Of a stretch of DNA of 64,000 nucleotides, positions 23,560 to 36,194 are shown piece by piece. Where the stretch lies: assembly GCA_002269645.1 (NCBI GenBank), contig NIVC01001161.1, positions 92,556-156,555 on the forward strand. Direction: 5' to 3'. This stretch comes from Macrostomum lignano (lineage: Eukaryota). The notes under the pieces were generated by a model. It was not told where the DNA came from. It searched no databases and saw only the letters and a list, made by a program, of their open reading frames with translations. A program made the translations under genes and the position numbers. Numbering within the stretch: the first letter of the stretch is position 1; every line of letters starts with the position of its first letter.

Positions 23560-26500
23560 GTATGTCTGTCTGTCTGTCTGTCTGGCTGTCTGGCTGTCTG
23601 TCTGTATGTATGTCTATTACTGGAGTACGAAGTAACGTGTCTTCAGTAGTTTGACTTCTTTGGTAGTTTAAACTGTTTGGTAGTTAAAAATATACAAAGA
23701 GTTGATCGAGCAGCATTCCTGGTATTAAATGTATAAATTCAATTTCTAAAAGTAACCATCGATTCACATGTTTTTTAAGTTAACTAACTGCCATTGCGCT
23801 CATTAGTGCTAAGCTTCTCATAACTGAATTATGCCGTGGGAAGTTTCTGACTCTTATGCCAGCCTAAGTTCCCCTCTGCAGTCCCACTCTACCTTATTTA
23901 TAAGTACACGGTGAACTGTTTACAAATCTTTACAGAGCTGCATCGTCATACAGGAGATCTATATCGACGGTCTAGTTGCTAAGGACGGCAGGTTGCGACC
24001 TGGCGATCAAATTTTAGAGGCAAGCGTTTGTGATTTTTTATTTCAAGTGCTCCAATTATGCTACTTAATTGTAAATTAGTAGTCAGTAGTATAAAGATTT
24101 GATATAATTGAACAAACTGCAGGTGAACGGCGTAGATCTCACCCAGGCAACGCACTGCCAGGCTAAGCGGGCCCTGTCCCAGCTGACTCCATTCTGCCGG
24201 CTGTCTGTCTACAGAGAGCTTGGCGCTGTGCCCAGCGATCAAGACGAGGACGATGATGATGAAGCCTGCTGGGCCCAGCAGCAGCAACAGCAGCAGTTGC
24301 AACTTCGCCAGCTGCACCAGCAACGCCAGGAGCAGCAGGAGCATCAGACTGTACTATTAACGGTGTCACTGTTTAAACGCGCCGGCAAACGATTAGGCAT
24401 TAAATTGGTTGGAAAGAAGTGAGCTATCAACACCACTGTTACTATTTTTTATTCAATAGTGTGTTAAAGGGTAGCGGTTATTTTCTGCTAAGAAGGCCTA
24501 TGAAGAAGTGAGTGGCGTGGGGTGGGGTGTCAGGTCAGGTATATCAGGAATGTTTAGAAAAAATAGGGAGTGAGGTGGGTGTCGGAGGGCAGGAATGTTT
24601 GGAATAGGGAGTGAGGTGGGTGTCGGGGGGCAGGAATGTTTGGAAGAAATAGGGAGTGAGGTGGGTGTCGGAGGGGCAGGGATGTTTGGAAGAAATAGGG
24701 AGTGAGGTGGGTGTCGGAGGGCAGGAATGTTTGGAAGAAATAGGGAGTGAGGTGGGTGTCGGGGGGGCAGGAATGTTTGGAAGAAATAGGGAGTGAGGTG
24801 GGTGTCGGGGGGCAGGAATGTTTGGAAGAAATAGGGAGTGAGGTGGGTGTCAGCTGGGGCAAGCATGTAACGAAGGAACATGGAGTGCGAAATGTACACT
24901 CATTTTGTGGTAGACAATGTACATATTCGTACGTAGTCAATAAAAAGTTGAAAGCAAACGCGACTGACTACTGAAAGTAGCTTAGTAGCCCTTGTTTGTG
25001 TAGTGTTTTTTATCTTTTGAGAGGATAGCAATAGCATAAGCACATAATCCTGCCATCCAGAACATGCCCGGGCCTGTTTATCCTCGGCCTCGTGCCCGGC
25101 GGTCTGGCCGAAATGGACGGTCGACTTCGACGCGACGATCGAATTCTAGAGATCAACGGCTTCGATATTGGCGATGGCACTCAGGCTCAAGCGGCCTCTA
25201 TTATTCAGGCGAGTGTTAGCTTGCCTTTTCTAATTATTTGCTGTTTTAGTGTATATTAAAAGTAACAAATCAATTTTCGGGTGTAATGTAGCTATGTACT
25301 TCTGGGTGTACTTAAAATATATGTACTTTTAGTATACCTCAAATGTGTACTTTAGTGTGTGGCTTTTATTAACTTTTTCATTATGCTCGAGATTTTGTGA
25401 TGTAATTTATGATGTACTTTAATAATTATCTTTTGGGTGTACGTGCGTAATACTGATGTACTTTAATTAAATGTACTTTTATTAATGCCCTTTTTTAAAA
25501 CTTCCAGTCGGCCAAAAAGGAGGTGGCATTTCTAGTGGCCCGTCGGGTAGTCAGCGGCTCGACCCCGCCAATGCAGCCAATCAATGCCATGTCGGCCTAC
25601 GTTGTCAACTCATCGAATAGCGGACTGGATGACGAGGAAGCTGCAGTGGGGAAAGACGCCGAAGCAGCGGCGGCGGCGGCGGCAACAGACAACGACGAGG
25701 AAGAAGACGAAGTTGCGGCCTACGCAGAATCAGCGCCCAGCAAGGAGCCGCCCAAAGCCAAAGCTGAAGTAGACGAGATTGGAGAGGCGACAGATGAAGA
25801 AGAGGCTGGCAAGGAAGATGACGGAGAAGCCGAGGAGGCTGGGCGAGATACGCCGGAGGGAGAATCGGAAGAATTAATTAGAGAAGCCAGAGAGGAAGAG
25901 GAGGAGGCGGAGCAGCAGGACCAAGTCGACTCCAACGATGGAGATGATACTGGTGGTCACGTTGCTGAAGAGGATGCTGGAGACGACAGTCCCCCACCGA
26001 CGCCGCCGCCTCATCAGCAGCAGCAGCAGCAGCTGCACCATCTGGAGCACCACCCGGCTCCTTACCTGTTCGCCGCAGAGACGCTCGTAGATCGCTGCGT
26101 CGTGCTGGAGAAGTCGCCAGGCGAATCTCTCGGCATGTCGGTGGCGGGTGGCGTCGGATCCCAGCGCGGCGACATCCCTGTGTACGTCACGAACCTGCCG
26201 CCGGAGGGCCTAGCGGCCAGGTCGCGGCAGATTCGCAAAGGCGACATTGTGCTGGGAGTCAACGAGGCCAGCTTGTTAGGATTGCAGCACGAGGAGGCTG
26301 TTAGCGTATTGAAGTCTCAGCCAGCCGGTCAGGTCCGCATTCAACTGCTGCAGGTAAAAATTCGACTGTTTCGTGCCTGCCGGTCTCCCGTAGCATTTAA
26401 GAAATCCTCTTCAGTTCGAAGTTCCGAAGTTCAGAGAACAAAAAAGTGGCCCAAAATCCTGATCTATACTACTACTTACTAAGTAGCTTGAAGTTATACA

Positions 26501-27786
26501 ATTGGGTTGTAAGAAATGTTTCAAGCGTTTTTTTTAAACTTCCAGAACTTTCCTTAGGCCTTAGAGATATTTCTGAGGATGCTCTATGTGGGTATATAAG
26601 AGTTACCAGTGTTTTTATTATAGTTTCACATTGGTTTTATCGTATGAAGGCTGAATTTAAGAGATTGTGAAGTTTCGAGTTTGTAAAGCGCCCCACCGCA
26701 GAAATCTATTCCCATTCCTGTCCATTTTATGTTCTGCCTAACACAGCCTAACCCCCCCCCCACTTAGTTTTATTATTTCCGAAACCTCGCTGGGGGATGA
26801 TTGGCACAGATGTACATTGGTGCCGCGCCCCGATCTAATTTTGGGAGAGGGGTGGGTGGTTAGCCGCGTGCGCGAATTCTTCAGGCCGCTAGCCGGCCCA
26901 GCCTAACCGCCGCTGTTTTTTTACCCAACCTAACGGCCGACGGCTAGCCTTGAAATCCAACTAGTCAAAAATTCCCGGCTTAGTTGGTGGATCCACCGTG
27001 GACCCACGCTCGGCTAGCCGTACTGGCTGTGGGGTTTGTTCAGTTCAAGCATTTAGGTTGCTCCTTGGCCAATGTACAGTGTAGGATGTACATTCACAAT
27101 ACAAGCTAAACCGTTTTATGACCCTTCGCTCGGGCTGAGAGAGGGCGGCGCAGTTGCAGATAGAATCAATGCAAAGTTCACAGCGAACGTAAAGATTTCT
27201 TTGGAGCAGTAATGGGCCCAATTAATTCAGATTCATTTGGACAAATTAGTGCATAAAAAAATTTGACTTGGAAGTGGGTTAAACGTTCGAAAAACGATGC
27301 TTTATAAATGCTTTCAACGGGCGCTCCGTTGGAATTTTGAATTTGAATGCCCACCATGGGGGCCTAGTGCGCTACTAACCCCGTCTTACCCGTGCCAACT
27401 TCGTCTTTTTTCAGGGTCCCGAGTCCAGTTCAGGCGGTGGCAACTTCATGCCCTCCTGGGTCTATTGGCTGGCCCTGCCGCCATTCTGCTACCTGGAGAA
27501 GGCTGTTAGACTTTGCCGAGATCCGCGCACAAGTTCGCTCGGCTTCTCCATTGTTGGCGGCTGCGACAGCGCCAACGGGCCGCAGCCCATCATTGTGAAG
27601 AGCATCGTGCACGGCGGCCCGGCCCATGCTCACGGTCAGCTCAGATGCGGCGACCTTATTATACGGGTCAACGGTGCATACGGTTTATCCGGCGTTACTC
27701 ACAGCGAAGCTGTCTCACTGCTCAAACAGTTACCATCGGAGATAATTGTGCTGTCTGTCGTGTCTTGGCCAGGCACTATTGTGTAA
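16656..27786 (+). CDS. LNX2: LNX1/LNX2-like E3 ubiquitin ligase (RING, TRAF-type Zn finger, 4 PDZ), ~829 aa
   Basis: Exons 16656-16889, 19515-19675, 21002-21094, 21272-21414, 21658-21770, 23936-24019, 24123-24418, 25061-25208, 25508-26353, 27415-27786. Total 2490 nt, all phases consistent. Motifs: [41 protein letters not shown] (LNX RING), four PDZ domains, [10 protein letters not shown]-terminal WPGTIV. The frame is open back to the acceptor at 16515, so the N-terminus may be longer. LNX1 vs LNX2 cannot be resolved. Confidence 0.92.
17100..17650. repeat. 30/29-bp minisatellite in LNX intron 1
   Basis: Unit GTAAGCCTTGACATCTCAGCAATTCCCCCT. Confidence 0.95.
18170..19400. repeat. 12-bp-based degenerate minisatellite (GGATTCTATCTG) in LNX intron 1
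   Basis: Direct periodicity. Confidence 0.9.
19745..20525. repeat. ~32-36-bp minisatellite in LNX intron 2
   Basis: Core GGTGGCGTCCTTTTTAGAATCTGAGGAGGGG with variable G/GAG runs. Confidence 0.95.
21140..21250. repeat. (TAC)n microsatellite in LNX intron 3
   Basis: Direct reading. Confidence 0.95.
21785..22890. repeat. 31-bp minisatellite in LNX intron 5
   Basis: Unit CCATGGTCCTCTCTGTAGGCCGCTGCTGTCC. Confidence 0.95.
23420..23610. repeat. (CTGT)n microsatellite
   Basis: Direct reading. Confidence 0.95.
24540..24855. repeat. ~45-bp minisatellite in LNX intron 7
   Basis: Unit GGGCAGGAATGTTTGGAAGAAATAGGGAGTGAGGTGGGTGTCGG(A/G)G. Confidence 0.9.
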
Positions 27787-27874
27787 AATATTTTATAGGG
27801 GCCGATTCTCAGCTGTTGTTTCTACTCATGCTGTCATCGAAGATGAGTTTGATAGTCCTTTGGCTCTTTATATG

Positions 27875-28255
27875 GTCAGTGCTGACAGTGTGTGTCAGGA
27901 ATGGGTCAGTACTGGCATTGTGTGTCAGGAATGGGTCAGTACTGACAGTGTGTGTCAGGAATGGGTCAGTACTGACAGTGTGTGTCAGGAATGGGTCAGT
28001 ACTGGCATTGTGTGTCAGGAATGGGTCAGTACTGACAGTGTGTGTCAGGAATGGGTCAGTGCTGACAGTGTGTGTCAGGAATGGGTCAGTGCTGACAGTG
28101 TGTGTCAGGAATGGGTCAGTACTGACGATCTGGGTCACCGTCAGTACTGACGATCTGGGTCAGGAATGGGTCAGTGCTGACAGTGTGTGTCAGGAATGGG
28201 TCAGTACTGACAATCTGGGTCAGGAATGGGTCAGTGCTCACAGTGTGTGTCAGGA
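27875..28255. repeat. 30-bp minisatellite just 3' of the LNX stop
   Basis: Unit CAGTACTGACAGTGTGTGTCAGGAATGGGT. Confidence 0.95.
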
Positions 28256-29029
28256 ATTTGACGTGTGAGTTTCAGTACTCAAGGATCCCTATTTTCGATC
28301 CCTTTTTGCTTTTATTAATAACATTTTGTGCTCTGTTTATTATTGATCTTCATTAAACCCAGGCACTCATTTCGCGGCATTCATCAGTTTCATAAAGTAA
28401 AAATTCGTATCAGCTGCAATTTGTTAATGTAATACTACATAAAATATAAATAACTTTTCGAATATTTTAATTCCAGTTTAACTGTCATCATTAATTGCTG
28501 GATTTTTCAACACCCACAGATATAAAATGTATACTACTGCACAGGCACACTTTTATTGCACTACTTACAAAGCTTTCTCAGCAAGTAGTATGAGCAAACA
28601 TTTTTTCAATTTTACTTTTCTGCCTGAGAAGTTTTTTCTATTCATAAGCGCTTGCTCGTGTGTGTACTCGGATCATGTCTCCATAACTATATTATAATTA
28701 TTTTGCCTCATCGAATCCCAGTGTGTTCCCAGCATTCTTCCATTTTTCAACAATGTACGTCCATTGTCCATGTGAAACACAGACAGACCTCGCTTCTTTC
28801 ACACCGCGTGTGTTTTCTGTCAGGTCACTTTGTGACGTGACTGCTTTGTGTGTTGCTATATGCTTGGTAACTCGATTTTTATAAGCTGACAGTGAGCCGG
28901 GATCCTGATTACCTCCATTGCTTCAGGTAGCTGGTTTGATTGCGGCTCTGATAGTGCCGCCTTGCACCGGGGTGCTCTTTATTGACTGGAATTTTATTTA
29001 CTAGGATTCCTGGCTGCCTCTATGCATCT

Positions 29030-29955
29030 CTCCCTCCCCTCCTCTCCCCTCCCCTCCTCACCCCTCCCCTCCTCTCCCCTCCTCTCCTCTCCCCTCCCCT
29101 CCTCTCCCCTCCCCTCCTCTCCCCTCCTCTCCTCTCCCCTCCCTCCTCTCCCCTCCTCTCCTCTCCCCTCCTCTCCTCACCCCTCCCCTCCTCTCCCCTC
29201 CTCTCCTCTCCCTCCCCTCCTCACCCCTCCCCTCCTCTCCCCTCCTCTCCTCTCCCCTCCCCTCCTCTCCCCTCCTCTCCTCTCCCCTCCTCTCCTCACC
29301 CCTCTCCTCCCCTCTTCTCCTCTCCCCTCTCCTCTCCTCTCCTCCCCTCCTCTCCTCTCCTCTTCCCTCTCCTCCTCTCCTCCCCTCCTCTCCTCTCCCC
29401 TCCTCTCCTCCCCTGCTCTCCTCTCCTCTTCCCTCTCCTCCTCTCCTCCCCTCCTCTCCCCTCCTCTCCTCTCCCCTCCTCTCCTCACCCCTCTCCTCCC
29501 CTCTTCTCCTCTCCCTCTCCTCTCCTCTCCTCCCCTCCCCTCCTCTCCTCTCCCTCTCCTCCTCTCCTCTCCCCTCCCCTCCTCTCCCCTCCTCTCCTCC
29601 CCTGCTCTCCTCTCCTCTTCCCTCTCCTCCTCTCCTCCCCTCCTCTCCTCTCCCCTCCCCTCCTCTCCTCTCCCCTCCCCTCCTCTCCTCTCCCCTCTCC
29701 TCCTCTCCTCTCCCCTCCCCTCCTCTCCCCTCCTCTCCTCCCCTCCTCTCCTCTCCTCTTCCCTCTCCTCCTCTCCTCCCCTCCTCTCCTCTCCCCTCCC
29801 CTCCTCTCCTCTCCCCTCTCTCCTCTCCCCTCCTCTCCTCCCTCCTCTCCTCTCCTCTTCCCTCCCCTCCTCTCCTCCCCTCCTCTCCTCCCCTCCTCTC
29901 CCCTCCTCTCCTCCCCTCCTCTCCTCTCCTCTTCCCTCTCCTCCTCTCCTCCCCC
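29030..29955. repeat. Polypyrimidine (CTCCT/CCCCT)n tract
   Basis: About 900 bp of C/T only. Confidence 0.95.
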
Positions 29956-31344
29956 ATTACTATCAGGATATCTAACAATAGTTCCGCTTTTAGTATAAAA
30001 TATTTTGTTTTTTACCAGTTTGTGAATGTAAAACCTTTAAAATTGTTCCATTTTTTCAGTCAGCTGCACTGTGTGTTCTCACGAGTATCTGTGAGCACTG
30101 TATAACCAAGCCCTCATTGATGCTATTTAAATCTTCTCTCTTAGTACAACTGAGCCATCATTTTCAAGAAGCACTTAAGGCACCCCGCTGAGTTCGTATT
30201 GTATCGGTGCCAATTTTATTAGGATTCATTTTAACAAAACTACTGGCGTGCTAAAATAACAATGTAAACAGTAGTGTTTTTATTGCAATATTACTTACTT
30301 ACTGTTTGCAGTAGTGAGTTTTGTAGTAACAACACGTATGTGTTTAATATTTTGTGCAATTTTTTCTGGGTTTTTATGCGTGTCTGTTACTTCTGTATTT
30401 GCTCGGATGTGCAATGCGACTGAAAACAGTGCTAATACTGCCATAAAAAATTTTGAGTTTCAAAAAGCCTTCAGCGTAATTTTTTTAAATCTACTATAAG
30501 TAGTCTATAACCTGAAATGCTCTTGCGTACAGCTGTTCAATAAATATGAAACGAATTTTCATGCTTTATTCATGATGATAATTATTTCTGCTTATCTGCA
30601 TATATAATTATATTTTAACTCTACAATATATACTACTGAATACCGTTTTTGCATATTTATTCAGTTTTCATGGAAAACAATTTTTTTAATTGCACTTTGA
30701 GCGAGTTTGTTCATTGCTCTTTTTTGCTGCTTACTAGTTAAGAAGAGGAGACGAGTTGAGAAACACAAATTAAAGTAGTAAGGCTTTTAGTTTAGGCAAA
30801 AGGTTTTTAGATTGACGATATGTAGCGTAGATAACTTTTTTAAGAGGAAATTTTAATTACAATAGTTCAGTAATAATTTTCTGCAATAAACTTTATTGCT
30901 CTGAAATTCCCAATGGCCTCATCACCAGACATGTCATTGCAATGTAGCGTGTAATCGAGACTTAAATTTCCGATATGTTGTGTAAATAACTTTACACACT
31001 ATTGAAAGACCCTGGGTCGAAGTTCAGTTGATTCGCCGATGTTTAGACTGAAATTGTTGCTGATAGCTGCATGGACATTGAGTCGCTTTCCTTTCCAGTT
31101 GCAATTAGTTATTAAGAAAAATGTATTGTTTTTTTGCTTTGCAATTACCCACTGGCTGCGAAATTACAGGGGACTGGCTTGAGAGATGGCACATCAATTA
31201 TTGAATTTTCTGCAGCCGTGCGCGGCCTTTCTGCTAATTGCGTCGCGTGATCTGCCTGCTGACTGCGCATGCGCGAGTCTGTGGGAAATCGGTTCATTGT
31301 TGTGCGATTCGGTACAAATTGCAATTACACCTTAAGTCAATGTG

Positions 31345-32130
31345 GGAGAGAAAGGGGTGGGAGAGGGAGGGTAGGAGAGGGAGAGAGGGGTAGGAGAGGG
31401 AGAGGAGAGAGAGAGGGAGATGGGTAGGAGAGGGAGAGAGGGATAGGAGAGGGAGAGAGGGAGAGAGGGGTAGGAGAGGGAGAGGAGAGAGGGAGGGAGA
31501 TGGGTAGGAGAGGGAGAGAGGGATAGGAGAGGGAGAGAGGGATAGGAGAGGGAGAGAGGGGTAGGAGAGGGAGAGGAGAGAGAGAGGGAGATGGGTAGGA
31601 GAGGGAGAGAGGGATAGGAGAGGGAGAGAGGGATAGGAGAGGGAGAGAGTGGGAGAGGGAGATGGGTAGGAGAGGGAGAGAGGGATAGGAGAGAGAGGGA
31701 GATGGGTAGGAGAGGGAGAGAGGGATAGGAGAGAGAGGGAGATGGGTAGGAGAGGGAGGGAGGGATAGGAGAGAGAGGGAGATGGGTTGGAGAGGGAGGG
31801 AGGGATAGGAGAGAGAGGGAGATGGGTAGGAGAGGGAGGGAGGGATAGGAGAGAGAGGGAGATGGGTAGGAGAGGGAGATGGGTTGGAGAGGGAGGGAGG
31901 GATAGGAGAGAGAGGGAGATGGGTAGGAGAGGGAGGGAGGGATAGGAGAGAGAGGGAGATGGGTAGGAGAGGGAGATGGGTTGGAGAGGGAGGGAGGGAT
32001 AGGAGAGGGAGAGAGTGGGAGAGGGTGGGAGAGGGAGAGAGGGAGGCATAGGAGAGGGGTAGGAGATGGGGAGAGAGGGAGAGGGAAAGAGGAGTAGGAG
32101 AAGGAGAGGGTGGGAGAGTGAGGAGAATAG
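31345..32130. repeat. Purine-rich GA repeat
   Basis: GGGATAGGAGAGGGAGAGA-type units. Confidence 0.9.
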
Positions 32131-32956
32131 AGTGAGAGGGAGTCGGATGGACAGGAAGTGAACTGAGCCAGTACTATCTGCAGTACACAGCCGCTTTGAA
32201 AATTTCTCAATACCGATTCTGCGATTCTCGCCAGCTTCAAATCATAATTAATCCCCATTGCATTAACCCGAGTGACGCATTTTCAGAGACAGGGAGAGAT
32301 AGGAGGTCAGATTGGGGAGGATGGGACTTGAGGTGACAGACCGAGCGGTCCCGCCTGAGCTCAGCAGGTGAGACTACACTAGGCAATGAAGAATACACAC
32401 TGATCGCACTGGGATCTCTGAGCGGGGAAAGAGAAGGTCTTAAACACTCGTTCGTGTGTTGCTGCACGCTCTTCCTGTCTGTCTGCCTGTCCGTGTGTTT
32501 ATTTGCCTGCTGGGCGAGGGACTTCAGCAGGGCTGAGTACGGAGAAAGCCACGGGCTGGAGACGCAGGCAGATGGGCGGGCAGGTTGAGTCTGGCTCTCT
32601 CATAAAGACTGTAATTTCTCCTCTGCAGGGCAGGCAGGGAGGGGAGCATCGAGCAGCATCCGAGCCCATAGCTCAGCCAATCGCTGACAAGAGAGGCGCG
32701 CGGTGCTGCAGGACTGATTGACTGACCTTAGCTAGCTGGGTGAATTTCATCCACTTTTTTGACATTCGCATAGTTTTCGGCGCTTGCTGGCTTCACGCAG
32801 GTTTCATTGTTATCTCTCGGGGGCGAAGCTGACTGAGTCTGATGGCGCACAAGCTGGTTGCTAGGCTGTCCAGTCAGTCGCATTCGAGGCGACCCCGAGG
32901 ACGACATTTTCGGCGTCGAAGATGAATGCAACGACAATTGCTGCTGCAGCGATAGC

Positions 32957-34791
32957 ATGGGCGGTGAGAAATTCCCTGTTGCTGAGGCTGGGAATTCCCC
33001 TGTCACTGTGGCTGGGACTGGGAATTCCCCTGTTACTGGGATTGGAAATTCCCCTGTTACTATGGCTGGGACTCGGAATTCCCGTTACTTGGGCTGGGAA
33101 TTCCCCTGTTACTGTGGCTGGGAATTCCCCTGTTGCTGTGGCTGGGAATTCCCCTGTTGCTCAGGCTGGGAATTTCCCTGTTACTGTGGCTGTGAATTCC
33201 CCTTTTGCTGGGACAGGGAATTCCCATGTTGCTGAGTCTTGACTAGACCCCCACCCCGCCGACCGTTCCAGACGATGAAGCCGACCAACAAGCCTCGACC
33301 ACAGAAACCTTCAACCTTGACGTATTCTCCAAGGAGTTCACCGACTCCAGAGTGTACCGTTCCATCGTTCAGGGAAATCTGGCGGGTTTGTACCACGCTG
33401 TGTACTGCCTTCGCGAGCCTGTCACGGTGATTGACACCAACTTCGGCGTGAACTACATCCACCTGGTGGTGACCACGGCCAGCCGGGAGACGCAGTTCAC
33501 TTACGCGCCATTCGTCTACGCTCTGTCGAATTTTCGCGTCGACATCTGCCAGGAGGACGTCGGCGGCGATACGCCGTTGAAGCTGGCAATTCGCCGGGGA
33601 CTCGTCGAGCTGGTCCGGGCTGTGCTCCGCTGTGGTGCCCCGCCGCCGGATCCTGCGGACTCCGAGATGCAGCCGAGCCTTGCTGAAGAACTGAAGAATG
33701 AAGAATCTGCAACTAATGCTACCGCTGTTAAAACTGTTTGCGAAGATTTCCAACCGGGCCTGTGGGCAGCGGTGGCAGCTGCGGATTACTTTCTGGTCGA
33801 TCGCCTCGTCAGCAGCTGGTGCCGGGTCCGCATTGCCAAGCAGGGAGAGAGCCTTATCAGCTTTGCCCGGCGGTTGGAGACCGGGAGCCTGGTATGATAA
33901 ATGTGTTGGGTTGGCTGGTTTCAAGTGTCTAGAATGGGGTGGTGGGTGTGGAGTGTCTAGAATGGGGTGTTGGGTGAGGAGAGTGTCTAGAATGGGGTGG
34001 TGGGTGTGGAGAGTGTCTAGAATGGGGTGGTGGGCGTGGAGAGTGTCTAGAATGGGGTGGTGGGCGTGGAGAGTGTCTAGAATGGGGTGGTGGGTGTGGA
34101 GAGTGTCTAGAATGGGGTGGTGGGTGTGGAGAGTGTCTAGAATGGGGTGGTGGGTGTGGAGAGTGTCTAGAATGGGATGGTGGATGTGGAGAGTGTCTAG
34201 AATGGAATCCATTTTAAGTCTATTTTCAGTGACTAACCCAGACTGCACCCACTTCATTCAAACCTCCAGATTGTGGACCTCCTCGAGAGCAGCCGACCAA
34301 CTCTGGAGTTTGTCCACGCCACCCTGGCTGGCGATCGCCGCAAGATGCTGGAACTGCTGGACAACAAAAATGTCAACGCCGATACCTTCGACCGGAGCTA
34401 CCGACCGAACGCCGGGGCGCCGTGTCAGCCGCGGTCGCTCAAAGCTGCAGCCACCGAGCTCAAGCACTACCACGTGCTCCAACTGCTGCCTGATCCGAAG
34501 AAAGGCAAGCAGCAGCAGCAGCTGCCCGCCGCGATGCTGGAGCTGCGGCACCGTCCGCACCATCAAAAATACTATCAGCACCACCAGCAGCTGCTGCAGC
34601 AGCATCGCCTGCTGGGCGGCAAAGGAGCCGCATTAGCCGCAGTGGCCGCCTCCTCTGCCGGGGCTGCAGCGGGCGGAGCCGCCGCCAGTCCGCTGGCTGC
34701 CGCGGCCGCGGCTGCCGCCGCCGTCTCAGCTGGCGAAGATCATCAGAGTCCTCTGCGGCGGGCGACCTCTGCAGTGTGCCGTGTGATGTGA
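32957..34791 (+). CDS. Ankyrin-repeat-like protein with poly-Gln/Ala tail and C-terminal CaaX (CRVM), ~382 aa
   Basis: Exons 32957-32963, 33272-33891, 34270-34791. Total 1149 nt, phases 1 and 0 match. Ankyrin-like [25 protein letters not shown]. The start is uncertain: the frame is open and codon-like from 32843, and an out-of-frame ATG sits at 32842. Confidence 0.75.
32965..33235. repeat. 24-bp minisatellite in intron 1 of the ankyrin-like gene
   Basis: Unit GGCTGGGAATTCCCCTGTTACTGT, starting right at the donor. Confidence 0.95.
33915..34205. repeat. 30-bp minisatellite in intron 2 of the ankyrin-like gene
   Basis: Unit GAGTGTCTAGAATGGGGTGGTGGGTGTGGA. Confidence 0.95.
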
Positions 34792-34794
34792 CTG

Positions 34795-35150
<356 letters not shown>

Positions 35151-35519
35151 GATTGTTTGTCACCTTGCGTGTCCCCAGTACAGCACCAGCCCTCAAAACA
35201 ACTGATTTCTAAGCAATGGACTCTATTTTCAATTTCTAATTAAACTTCGCCCTCATTAAATTTTCAATTTGCTTGTCTGATGTAAGTCCTTTCAATTCGT
35301 CAATTCAATCGAACTGAGTTTCTACAAATAGAAAGGCGAGGGCCATCCGCTTTTGTCACTGCTGTTCTTTCCATTTTTTATGGCTGAATCCCATGGTATT
35401 TTCTGTCATCTCGGAGAATGATAATTGTGAAAATAGAAAAAGTACTTGCTCAGCTGGCTGATGACTGAACTGTTGTTGACGAGACAATTCTGCCTGCAGC
35501 ACTGATTTTTCTTTTATTT

Positions 35520-35825
35520 TCCTCTCCCTCCCACCCTCACCTCTCCCTCCCACCCTCTCCTCTCCCTTCCACCCTCTCCTCCCTCCCTCCCACCCTCTCC
35601 TCTCTCCTCCCACCCTCTCCTCTCCCTTCCACCCTCTCCTCCCTCCCTCCCACCCTCTCCTCTCTCCCTCCCACCCTCTCCTCTCCATCCCACCCTCTCC
35701 TCTCTCCCTCCCACCCTGTCCTCTCTCCCTCCCACCCTCTCCTCTCTCCCTCCCACCCTCTCCTCTCTCCCTCCCACCCTCTCCTCTCTCCCTCCCACCC
35801 TGTCCTCTCTCTCTCCCACCCTCTT
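35520..35825. repeat. C/T-rich ~21-bp repeat
   Basis: Unit CTCCCACCCTCTCCTCTCTCC. Confidence 0.9.
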
Positions 35826-36194
35826 TTCATTCCCCTTCCTCCTTCTGGCCCCTTAATCCCCGTCGCTCAAGAAGTTCTTTCGTGTAATTTCTACAAATGA
35901 ACTGATTGCGTGGCCTCAGATGTCCCGAATTCAGTCAGCTGTGACTCAATGCCATGGGGAATCGCCTTTAATCTTATATCCCAGCGCATCGCATCGTATA
36001 CAGAGGCTCGTGTTGCAAGGCAGCCTCTGTGCTGCGAAATCGAAAGAAAATTACTGCTTTGAACTGGGTGACGGCAGCTGGTCGGACACTCTGTACTTTA
36101 TTCTATGCTGCTACGATAGTGATCTTCTATGTCAGAACAAATTATACAGTTTAACTTGTCAGGATTTGCCACTGTTTCTCGGTGATTGCGATCT

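Noticed and set aside
30177-30195. TAAGGCAC, miR-124 seed-like
   Set aside because: The rest of the mature sequence does not match and I see no precursor hairpin.
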